The notes under the pieces were generated by a model that searched no databases, was not told the DNA's origin, and saw only the letters and a list, made by a program, of their open reading frames with translations. The position numbers and the translations under genes were made by a program. A stretch of DNA of 58,657 nucleotides, filler included, from Squatina squatina (Eukaryota), in the NCBI GenBank assembly GCA_031763465.1. It is 3 parts of 3 records of this genome, joined end to end, with 100 filler letters (N's around TTAATTAATTAA, not from the genome) between each part and the next. Parts side by side here need not be neighbours in the genome. Positions count along the whole stretch, not along the records: positions 1 to 30,746 come from JARFOE010000192.1; 2 more parts are not named here. The stretch is one strand, 5' to 3'. This document shows, piece after piece, positions 1 through 10,712 of this stretch (position 1 is its first letter; each line of letters opens with the position of its first letter).

Positions 1-172
1 AGAGCGATTGTTAATTTTAAATCTGTGTTTGATAGTTTTTTGTTAACCAAAGGTATTAATGGATATGGGGTAATGGTGGGTATATGGAGTTAGTTCACAG
101 ATCAGCCATGATCTCATTGAATGGCGGAACAGGCTCGATGATCAAAATGGCCTCCTCATGCTGCTATGTTCC
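1..172 (+). mobile_element. CR1 LINE 3' end fragment
   Basis: Shark CR1 3' UTR: gatcagccatgatctcattgaatggcggaacaggctcga...atggcct...tatgttc; same tail recurs many times in the window. Confidence 0.75.
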
Positions 173-1169
173 ACCTATTTAAATACCCAGGTGGATTTTT
201 CTGGGCTGGTAAGTGAGAAAGAAAAAAATAGAGATGGCACGGGTGGGGATTGGGTTGGTCAGGAATTTCCTCATCATCCTCTTTCAATTTCCTCATCGCC
301 TTCCCCTTTCTCCTCAGCGGCATCTTGCTATGACTCATTTAAGGGGAAAATAGAAAGATTTTGGTCATGTAGACTGGTTACTGGATGTCTCATTAGTGCA
401 ATTTGAAGGAAGCTGATCATGTCGCTTACAGGTGTGCTAGTGTACACAAGCCACAATGATAGCAAGCTCTGATGGTTCTGACAGTCCTGCTGCTGCCATT
501 CAGTTTCTAACTTGTCCCTGTCCAACAGGTCCTGCTGTCTGCCTCTGCAGAATCTGCAAGGCTTCCTCTTGTGGCAGCAATGGTCTAATATCTGTGGTCC
601 CTCCACCTGTAGCCTGTAACTTGGTATTGATATGGGAGACATTCTCTTGTGATAAAGAGTAGAAGAGAATAGACATAAGTTCAATATTGACAGTAGAGTA
701 ATGTTTCTTGTTCCGAAAGCTCCACCCATCAGCCTCTGACGGGCTGAGACCTGCACGTTGTAAGCGATGGCATTTCAGGGGGCATGTTCATGTGTATCAC
801 TTCTAGAGAGGGTTTGTCTTATTCTTGAATTATTCCAGGGTGCAGATAAGGATGGGTACGTAACATTTGAGTCTTATATCGCAAGGAGGTTTATTCCTGA
901 GGAGCTCACAGTTTTCACAGAATAATGGTCAATTGTGTAATTCAATACCCAATAAAAATCTCAGAATACCATTCAATAAAAATGGAATTTGATGTTTTCA
1001 ATCACTGTAAATAAGCATCCCTGATATTATCTCCAACATGGCATAACTACCCCTATTATTAAAATCAGCAAATTCTCCAANNNNNNNNNNGCCACAGGAG
1101 GTCTGGTGGAATAGAATGATAAATAGTTTAAATTGCACAAGAATCTGTAATTTTATGAAAGGATTCAAA

Positions 1170-1575
1170 TATCATAAATCAGGGGATCAAGGGTCATAGA
1201 AGGCTGAGGAAATCTAATAAAATGTTTAAAGTTATGAAGGGATTTGATAGAGCTAAAAGAGAAAAGACCATTTCTTCTGGCGGGGCAGGTGAATGATGAA
1301 GGGCCTTCAATTAAAAATCGTCACTATGAGAGTGAGGAGGAAGGTTAGGAGACATTTCTTTACACAGAAAGCTGTTGGAAAATAGCCTGTTTTGCCACAA
1401 ACCATAGTTGAATCAAAGGGCATCCATTTTTAAAGTAAAAGTGGTTAAATAATTGAAGCAGATCAATCCGGAACTGTGGGGACAGAGGGCAGCGGGATTA
1501 GTTCGGTATTGCTCGAGCAAAGACCTCGCACAGACACGAATGCCTTTCTTCCATGCTCTAATCTTCTTTGGTTCT
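1170..1575 (+). mobile_element. Degenerate CR1 LINE 3' end
   Basis: Decayed ORF2 C-terminus (tttaaagttatgaagggatttgatag..., ttctttacacaga) followed by a CR1 tail. Confidence 0.6.
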
Positions 1576-2226
1576 AAATGGTTAATGGACGTTAACTAAA
1601 TCCTGAGATGGAATTACAATACGCTATTACAGTTAGTCTCTAAGTACATTCTTCTTACACGCTACCATCCCAATAAAGTGAAGATAATGTGACCAAACAG
1701 ATAACGGTCGGGCAGAAATTCCACTCAAGGCTGACGAGGCTTCACAGCAGAATGTGTAAGACAGGGTGAACAGGTTGGATTAACATCGCATCACGCAGCT
1801 CAGGTGGTCTCAACAACAAGTAAAAAGTATTTTCTCGGTGTTACCTGAATTCCCGGCGAGTTCCATCAGCGGGAGTTGGCGTGGTTTACAGATGCATTCA
1901 TTTTTTGAATGTTTAAAGGAAGTAGTTGATGTCAAGGTTGGCTGTACCACTCAACTTAAAATGAAATGATACTGTATTGCCAGGTTGAAGTGCAATGATA
2001 CTGGATTTTATTGCACTGCATGTTAGGGGGAAATACATTTCAATTGCACGGAAGGGATGAAGAGACTGCCATACACATTTAGTTGAACGATTCCATTCGG
2101 TCTGAAACCAGCCGCCAGCCTGATGTGACGCAATGTGCGCTACAACCACAATCACCCCCAGCGATCTTCACTTTAGAACAGCCAACGGGTCTAACCAGCC
2201 GCTGGCACGGTGCTTTCTTCAGCAAC

Positions 2227-2275
2227 ATGGCTCCAGTTAGACACAGTGTTCTCAAACTCTGGCTCCTTGTCTTAG
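2227..2275 (+). CDS. Leader (signal peptide) exon of VJ-C1 IgSF gene
   Basis: ATG at 2227 (AAC ATG G context), MAPVRHSVLKLWLLVL-G, phase-1 donor AG|GTAAG at 2276; 94-nt intron, the layout typical of Ig/TCR split leaders. Confidence 0.85.
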
Positions 2276-2369
2276 GTAAGCATTCACTTTTACCCAGTAG
2301 ACATTTATTCTAGTTGTACGCAGATTGTTGGAATGAGATGTTCCTACTTGTTGTAATGTTCTGTCCCAG

Positions 2370-2705
2370 GGCCTGCTGTCAGTGTGAAAGTGATCCAGTC
2401 TCCTCCAGCTCTGTCCCTCCTCAGAGGTCAGACAGCCCGGATCAACTGCACCCTGTTACCCGGAGAGGAGCGGGTGGAGTCGGTGAGATATTACTGGATG
2501 CGGACAAGAGACAACCCTGACATCAGACGCAACACAACTTGGAATTTCCTCAATAACAACTTTCGTGTGTCTGTATCTGAGGGCTCGCTTGTCATCCGGG
2601 AGGTGATCGTGGCCGATTCCGACACTTACCACTGCCTGGTTCTGAGAGAGGAGCCTCTGCCCTGGAAACACTTTTCAGGAGAGGGAACAGAACTGAACAT
2701 CCAAG
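2370..2705 (+). CDS. Germline-joined V-J type Ig domain exon
   Basis: Acceptor CCCAG|G in phase with the leader. GPAVSVKVIQSP...RINC(B-strand Cys)...YYW(C-strand Trp)...DSDTYHC(F-strand Cys)...FSGEGTELNIQ (GxGT J-like G strand). Phase-1 donor AAG|GTAAT at 2706. Confidence 0.9.
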
Positions 2706-3224
2706 GTAATCAGATTAACCAAAACGGAATTAGTTCAGTGTATGGGGCAAAGGAATCAGAAATAGCTCCACACACATCTCTAACCTGGGACTGACATGTT
2801 CGCTCGGTGCACTGGGGACTGGACTGAACCCAGCAGCGTTTAACTTTAATTCCAGCAGATCCATGAAACAGCAGGAATTTCATATATTTAAAAAAAAATT
2901 CGTTTGAAGAAAAACAGAAGATAAAATCATAGAATGCCGATACCAATCCCAACAACGGGATTTTATTTATGTAACAAGCGAATTGCAAATAGAGAAACTG
3001 ATTTTGTGAAATAAGCCTTGTCATTTTATTTCCATTTTCTTGATATCGGTCGAAATTTATTGTAAAGTCACGGGATTTTATTCTGGCTCGTATTGCATTC
3101 GGGTACATGTGTTAGATTTTATTCTTTGTACCTTGTGATTTGTGTATTGAGACATAATCTAATGAAAATGATTTTGCAGTTTCCCATTTAGTATCAAATA
3201 TGCACAAGTTTAAATCTCTTTTGT

Positions 3225-3385
3225 ACAAGTTGCTCTCTATAAGGTCAGGCAGCATCTCTGGAGAGAGAAACAAAGGGATTGTTTCAGCTCAATGATCTGT
3301 GTTCCTCTCTCCACAGATACTGCCTGACCTGCTGAATATTCCCAGCACTTTCTGCTTTGATTCCAGATTTCCAGCATCCTCAGTA
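3225..3385. mobile_element. Palindromic Penelope-related shark repeat fragment in VJ-C1 intron 2
   Basis: ggtcaggcagcatctctggagagaga ... ctctctccacagatactgcctgacc inverted arms; same family as 32420-32620. Confidence 0.55.
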
Positions 3386-3456
3386 TTTTAATTTTGCTCT
3401 CTCTGTATTTGCTGTTACTCAGATTGATTTAATTTTTATTATTTGTGTGTATTTAG

Positions 3457-3785
3457 CAAAACCTGAAGTCTATCTGTCTGCGGATCCCGAGAGTGAAGTT
3501 GTTGGGATTCAGTCTCTGACTTGTGTGGCTGCGGGATATTTCCCCGGAGATCTGAACATTTCTTGGATTGTAGCGGGAGATGTCTCCTATCAAACAGACC
3601 CAGGCTCCCCGACAGTAAACAGTGACGGCACCTACAACCTGAGCTCCCGGCTGCGGATTACAGACACTCGCTGGGACCCAGGAACCTCCGTCACCTGCCA
3701 GGTTCAACACCTCACAGTCAAAGGGGCAGTGAGCAAAAGTTTCAGTGACAGTGGCAAGGGCTGTGCGAGAGAGAATGGTGACTAG
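3457..3785 (+). CDS. C1-set Ig domain exon (3' end ambiguous: stop at 3783-3785 or GC donor at 3754)
   Basis: Acceptor TTTAG|CA in phase 1. AKPEVYL...LTCVAAGYFPGDLNISW...NSDGTYNLSSRL...W...VTCQVQH are canonical C1-set motifs (CxxxGY/FxP, W, N-x-DGTY, CxVxH). Confidence 0.9.
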
Positions 3786-3860
3786 GCTCAGAAAGGTCAT
3801 ATTTCCATGTTCGCTTTGTATTCAGGTGTTGCTCATTACACAACAGTGCTCCCTGGGAAT

Positions 3861-3866
3861 AATAAA
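3861..3866 (+). terminator. Candidate poly(A) signal of VJ-C1 gene
   Basis: AATAAA about 75 nt after the read-through stop at 3785. Confidence 0.4.
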
Positions 3867-4774
3867 AGAGCACGGTTGGATTTATTGTCAAGTCGTACAC
3901 GTGGCCAGGGTCACAGTGTAATTCTATTGCATAAATATGAAGACCCGAGGGATGAAATGCTTTCGCAGTGAATGATCTGACTTCTTATTGATTTCTGCAG
4001 CCAACTGATAAATATACAGCCTGAAGGTAGGCCGCACTCCAAAGTAATAATAAGAAGGAACAGCAACCTGTAATTACAGCAATAATTTCCAAATGCAGAC
4101 GCAGCTCTTGGTAATTAAACTGAACCTAATTTTTCAAGATCTCATTTAGGAAATAAACAGAAGCAATTAGTTGTGACTTCATTAATCACTGGACTGTTAT
4201 TACCACAAGCCAACAGATTACAAGGAAAATGTCACATGCCTCTGAGTGATGATGTGTATGACAGGATCAAGAGACCGACTGAGCTTTCTGTAATTTATTT
4301 CAGAGAACTATACAAAAGCCCTTAATCCATGTATTTATTTACTCATGTCTTTTTGATATAAGTCACTGTACTGCAGTCAGTTAAGACTTCCTTTGGTAAC
4401 TATGTGTAGCAGCATTGCAATTTCACTTGTGAAGATCTCCTCTGTTTTATCTTTCTGGCAAAATTATGAAAGTTGTAAAACACTGTGCTTACGATTGGCT
4501 TAAAATATCAACCAGAGGAAATCTTCGCGAACACATTGACAATGTCGCCACACTTGGTGGCCAAAGGAAACTTCATCACAGCGTTGTCAAATAAACCACG
4601 TAACAAGAATTAGCTTTGGTTTTTAATTTTATTGAACACCATCGCCTGATACAAAACAATCTTGGCAAGCAAACATTTTTGTTTACTTTACTGAGATGGG
4701 ACACGGGGCTTTGTGATAATATCTTAGGATAATTCCCGTTGAAGAGAATTATCCTATCAACAACTTGCATTTAT

Positions 4775-4980
4775 ATTGTCCAAGGACTAGGGGACACCGA
4801 TTTAAGGTTTTGAGCAAGAGGTACAGGGGGGATGTGAGGAAGAACCTTTTTACGCAGCGAGTGGTAATGATCTGGAACTCGCTGCCTACGAGGGTGGTGG
4901 AAACGGAGACGATCAATGATTTCAAAAGGAAATTGGATAGGCACTTGAGGGAAATAAACTTGCAGGGCTACGGGGATAGA
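4775..4980 (+). mobile_element. CR1 LINE ORF2 C-terminal fragment
   Basis: RTRGHRFKV...RKNLFTQRVVMIWNSLP..VVE.ETI..FKRKLD, the CR1 RT C-terminal signature. Confidence 0.85.
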
Positions 4981-7900
4981 NNNNNNNNNNNNNNNNNNNN
5001 NNNNNNNNNNNNNNNNNNNNNNNNNNNNNNNNNNNNNNNNNNNNNNNNNNNNNNNNNNNNNNNNNNNNNNNNNNNNNNNNCAACATAATTTAAGGAGTCA
5101 TTGCATTACATTGAGATTTAACTGCTACAAGATGGCCAAGTGCTCAGCGAAATGATGGGTCGGTTCCTATTAAAGAGGGATAGAGCTATCGGAATCTGGC
5201 ACCAAAGCAAGGGAGATGCTTTACTTAGGTTTTCTAAAAGGGTGTGAACAACAAGGCAAGCTAAATGGCCTGAATGGCCTCTCACTCCTTCCTGGTCCTT
5301 CCTTACGACTGCCGCAGTGAGCTGTATAGTGACATCCATAGATGAGGAGGAGTGAATGAGCTGGACACTGAGAACAAAGAGTAAAATATGTTCTGCCGGT
5401 ACAAATTTTCTCCTTTCGTGACTAAGACAAAGCCTCACATTTGTATTTGTTGCTCTGATAAAACACTTCAGTGAGCTTTCTGCTAAACTGATCCACCCTG
5501 TTACCAAATGCTAGTGAAACATAACCTGATGGGACAAACTGCCTGAGATGTTACATGTGCAGATAATGATTTTGTGGAACTTTCAACGTATCTAAACGAG
5601 TAGTTTTTTTTTGATTGATTAAGTAGCGCATGTTAATAAGAATGCCATCTCAGTAATTATACCCGGACCTAATTTGCTCTCCACTCAAAATGAAGCAGCT
5701 TCACACGACATCGCTGAGTTCTCCGTAGCTCCATCTCCTTAATTAGGCAGAAGGCAACATACTGAGAGGCCAATCAAAGCATCAAAAATACTTCTGAGTA
5801 TTTACATTTAATTTACAAGTACACAAGCTACACATGCTAATTGAAGATTTTTCAAACCTCAGTAAACGATGTCATCTTGATTTTTCAGCTAGAAGCATAA
5901 AGAAGTTTTAATTCAGAAAAGAGTGGGTGCTAGTGAACCAATTCTAGAGTACAGAAATAATTTCAAATTGAAGCCAGAGCTATGTGCAACCTCTTGCAAT
6001 GATGCATTGTGTTAATACAGCACCTGAATCAACAGCATCCATACTGAAATGGAATTCCTAATTTTACATTTTAAATTGATTTATTAATTGCATACTGCTC
6101 AATTTTTGACACCTAATGGGGCCCTGGTTAAAATGCAAAGGTCAAAATGGTTTACAATTCATTTACTAAGAGGAGATATGATAGAGGTGTTTAAAATCGT
6201 GAAGGATTTAGATAGAATAAATAAAGAGAAACTGTTTCGNNNNNNNNNNNNNNNNNNNNNNNNNNNNNNNNNNNNNNNNNNNNNNNNNNNNNNNNNNNNN
6301 NNNNNNNNNNNNNNNNNNNNNNNNNNNNNNNNNNNNNNNAAGATATTTTTTTTAAGTTAAGAGTAACTACCAGAAGAGGGTAACAGATGTTAATGGAACT
6401 AAACTGAATTCAAACCATGTTGAAAAGCTCCAACTATTGTCAGTTACTGTTATATTAATTTCCTTTGGTAAGACGTTGTCACCCTTAGCCCCGATTTTAA
6501 CTCCAGGTGGATTCCCCACTCAGGCCTGAGTTAAAATTGCAGTCGGCTCTCAATGACGTCATCGGGCCGCAACATGCCTGTGTACCGAAGGACCCTGTTG
6601 GCTCCGGGGCTGTGTCCTCACTGCCTCCTCAGGAGAGCAGGTTAAAATTGCAGCTGTTGCGATTATGGTGGCTTCCAGACAGGTAAGAGCCAGGGCAATT
6701 TCAACTGCCCACCCGCCAGGTTTTTGCTGAATGAGTAGGGTTAAGATCGGCCCTTCGTTTATGTCCTGATTCATACANNNNNNNNNNTACACCATTGCTC
6801 TGACTGCAAAGTGAGATTACAGTTTGGTCTTGCTGGACCATTCTGACTGGCCTGGTTTCCTTTCTCCAATTGTTGGAAAACATTTAGTGAACTGATATAC
6901 CACCTGAGTGAATCCAGGTTTTACCATTTCATACTTCACCATATTAGTTCGGCAACCAGACGCACCTCAGGGCATTCTTCATCTATCTTCTGCATAATTA
7001 ACACATCCATAAAACACTGAAGCCAAAAAGACTGACCTTTAAAATAACGTTGCTTCGAATTAATGACAAAAATCACTTTAGACTGCATAATCACATCTGA
7101 CTTAAAGCAAACCAGTGCATCTCTAAGGAGGAGCGGGCACAGCAGCACAATACAAAGGCACCAAGGACAGGCAGGACCACTTAACGTACAAAAGCATATC
7201 CTGCCAATTATTAGAATGGCAGCTTCAATTCCTGCACATATATATACTTGTCACAGATCATTTCAGACATAGTCAAATGATGTGCCTATGAATGATTAGC
7301 TGCAATTTGAACTTGAGGAACTGATAGAGTCCTTTATTTCTTTGACATTCTCGCATCTTCGCTGCAGCCAAAATGCCACTCTGTTAAGCACCCCGGTAGG
7401 ACAGATTTACCATGCTTGAGGACCAAGGAGGGACAGGAACCAGAACATTCCATGCTTATGATGATAACTTCTGACTGTTCTCAGCCTCAATCTATCAGCG
7501 AAGTCAACCACAAAACGCTGTGGAATGTGGAAATAAATTCTTCATTTAAAAACGATATGAGGCTGCGATGGACTGTCATATATATTTTATTTAATGGATC
7601 CAAACAATAACTTCTAATACTTTTCAACAAATAGAGTTGTGCTAGTTTGATTAACAAAAAAGGAGGAAAGCTCCAGAGAGATAAATTTTGATGTTGTTTT
7701 ATGCTCTGTTAATATTTCATTACAATTTGTAATCCTTTTTCATCTTAGAATTGTACTGGAGTCATTAAAATGAGATGATAGCAGATCTGCTGTAGTATTA
7801 AGTACAGCCTAATAATTAGATACAAAGGTAGACTGCGGTGGAGATGTTAACAGTTATTTGAATGTGAATATGAAGTGACTCTTTGATTTGGGCACATCAC

Positions 7901-8334
7901 TAAACTGTTGGCTAACAATGAAATAAGAGCTCACTTGTTTGTTCATTTGCAAAGTGCACTGCTCAAAATGGAGCTAAGCCCATAGACAGCAGGTAGGTCC
8001 CAGACTCTGCTAAGAATAGTGGTGCTGCAATTGGCCACAGCACTCATGTGCAAGGAAAGGAAAATATCATCGCAGAGGATTCCTCCGATCATTGTCCAAG
8101 AAGTCCCGATACAAAGAGAAAGAGGAACAGGTCAGACTTGCATCAAATGCTCTCTATGATCAAATAGCCAGTTTGAATGAACTTGGACTGTGGTACTCGG
8201 CATTAGGTACAGTGACAAATATTTTGTGATGTGGACCAATACTGCTTTTAAAACTGAGGATGTCCAAATATTTCAGTTCAAGTCTCCCCACCCAACCCCT
8301 CAAGATCAGGTATTTTTTTAAAATTTATTTTTAG

Positions 8335-8475
8335 TCATTCCTGGGCTGTGGGAATGTGGCTCACAAGACCAGCATTTATTGCCCATCCCTAGTTGCCTTT
8401 GAGAAGGTGGTGATGAGCTGCCTTCTTGAACCGCTGCAGTCCGTGTGGTGAAGGAACTCCCACAGTGCTGTTAGG
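8335..8475 (+). mobile_element. Shark retroposon 3' fragment (second copy at about 30655-30746)
   Basis: ccagcatttattgcccatccc...ttgagaaggtggtg shared with 30655-30746. Confidence 0.6.
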
Positions 8476-8579
8476 NNNNNNNNNNNNNNNNNNNNNNNNN
8501 NNNNNNNNNNNNNNNNNNNNNNNNNNNNNNNNNNNNNNNNNNNNNNNNNNNNNNNNNNNNNNNNNNNNNNNNNNNTTAA

Positions 8580-9205
8580 GTAAAGGCATGGCAGGGCAGC
8601 TCAGTCTCATGGAATGCACATCCTGGACACTTCTCGTGGCCTTGACGCCGAAGTGTGCGTGAAATGTCACCAGCTAGAGCAGCTCGAGCTCCGGGTTTCG
8701 GAGCTTGAGCGGTGGCTGACATCACTGCAGTGCATCCGCGAGGCTGAGAACTTCAGGGATAGCACATTTCATGAGGTGGTAACCCTGCAGCTTAAAAGTG
8801 TGCATGCTGATTGGGAATGGGTGACCGTCAGACAGACAAGGAGGATCAGGCAGGTAGGGCAGGAGTTCCCTGAGTGCAACTCGCTTGCTAGCCGGTATTC
8901 AGTTCTGGATACTGGTGAGTGCGATGGTTCCTCTGGGGAGTGCAGCCAGAGCCAAGTCTACTGCACCATGGGTGGCTTAGCTGCACAGGGAGGGAGGAAG
9001 AAGAGCAATAGTGATAGGGGATTCAATAGTTAGGGGATCAGACAGGCAATTCTGCAGCCACAAACATGACTCCAAGATGATATGTTGCCTCTCTGTTGCC
9101 AGGGTCAACGATGTCACTGAATGGCTGCAGGACATTCTGAGGGGGAGGATGAACAGCCAGAGATCATGGTCCATGTTGGTACCAATGACAGGTAAAAAGA
9201 GGTAG
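8580..9205 (+). mobile_element. CR1 LINE ORF1 fragment (Cys motif/leucine zipper plus SGNH esterase), frameshifted
   Basis: CVKCHQLEQLELRVSELE; VIGDSIVRG...MICCL..ARV.DV...LQDIL; VHVGTND. Confidence 0.85.
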
Positions 9206-10544
9206 TTGCAGAGGTCCTGAGGAACGCGGAGGAGTCCGCCTCCCGCCTCATCGAGAGTTCCATGCAGAATTTGCGACCTATCTTTGGGAGCGTGCATTCC
9301 ATGCTAGAGTCGCACCTCGAAAGTCAGGATCCTTCAGCCATGAGAACTCTCATGGGCGAGGTGGCATCCTTCATTGCGGCACAGGCCGAGGCCATGTAAC
9401 AGCTTGCTGCTGCAATGCAAGCTCTATCTGCCACAACCCATGCTCAGTCTGTTCTCATACAGGCTTAGAATATGTTGCAGCAGCAGGTTGCTGATGCCAT
9501 GCGGGAAGTGGTAGCTGTCATCCNNNNNNNNNNNNNNNNNNNNNNNNNNNNNNNNNNNNNNNNNNNNNNNNNNNNNNNNNNNNNNNNNNNNNNNNNNNNN
9601 NNNNNNNNNNNNNNNNNNNNNNNCGTGTCTCATTTTAGATACAGGCAAGCTATCAGTGATATCGCCAAGATCAAGAGCGAAGAAACACTAAATGAATATT
9701 TAACGTACAAAATTCTTTCAGAAACATTTCTACCTCTTCTTGCTCAAGCTCAGCAAAAAATGTGAGAGGCACCGATTTTACACCAATATATTTCAGAATG
9801 TCAATAACGCTTGTCGACTGCATAACATTTACCGCAAAGTTGTTTTAATACATTTTACCCTGCACAGCATGTCCTTTGATTTTCATAGGGACACATGACA
9901 TATTACCAGTTTCAGATCTCATTCAGGAAGAGATGTCAAACCGCCTATTCTCTGATGGAACTCAAAGAACTGCGCTCACTAAACCGTGTCAATCAATTAT
10001 ATATATTCACCAACAGCAAGGCGAGATGAAGCGCTAGATGTTATTAATTTCGGTGGAATTTACAAGGTTCTACATTGCTTAACACAGATATTGCTGGGTA
10101 GTGGATGGTGACAGATGTGATCGAGAGAGAGAGGACACCAATGGAACTGCATGAAAAAGAAATTTAGAACTGTGTGCAACAATGAAAGTCATTTCACACC
10201 ATTTTGCAAAAGATATTTGCAACTTACTTCCAGCTGATTCCTATTCTGACATTAAGCATAACACGGAATAATAAATATTTCTCTACGGAATGCAAGTTTA
10301 AAGTGAATATATAAATAAACCATCAATAAGAAATAATGATTCAAATCTATATTTGCAAATCATTTTTAATATTTGCCATGATTTGGTTTTGGTTTCAGTT
10401 TTGCAATGAATGGAATTTTGAAGAACATTTTGATGCAAGGTTGTTAGCTTTGTGCGGCGTATATGAACAAGTGAANNNNNNNNNNATTAGATTAGTCAAC
10501 ATTTTCTTTTTGTGCACTTGTAAAAATTCAGGCTTATTGTCAGG

Positions 10545-10712
10545 ATAGTGTTCAACTTGAATAAATACCTGAAAAGGAAGAATTTACAGGGCTATGGGAA
10601 AAGAGCAGGGGAGTGGGGTTAATTGGATAGTTCATTCAAAGAGCCGGCCCAGGAACGAGGGGCTGAATGGCCTCATTCTGAGCTGTATCAATCTATGATT
10701 CTATGATTCCAT
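10545..10712 (+). mobile_element. CR1 3' tail
   Basis: ggctatggg...ggctgaatggcctc...ctatgattctatgatt terminal microsatellite. Confidence 0.7.

Noticed and set aside
2126-2134. TGACGCAAT (ATF/CEBP-like) promoter site of the VJ-C1 gene
   Set aside because: Single short motif with unknown TSS; no Ig octamer seen.
2242-2248. CACAGTG heptamer in the leader exon
   Set aside because: No nonamer at 12- or 23-nt spacing; it is coding sequence.
3912-3939. CACAGTG + 12 nt + ATAAATATG as a recombination signal sequence
   Set aside because: Nonamer matches ACAAAAACC at only 5 of 9 positions, and it lies after the C1 exon rather than beside V or J.
4381-4503. LRLPLVTMCSSIAISLVKISSVLSFW as a TCR-like charged transmembrane exon
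   Set aside because: Only moderately hydrophobic and no convincing in-phase acceptor; cannot be supported without cDNA.
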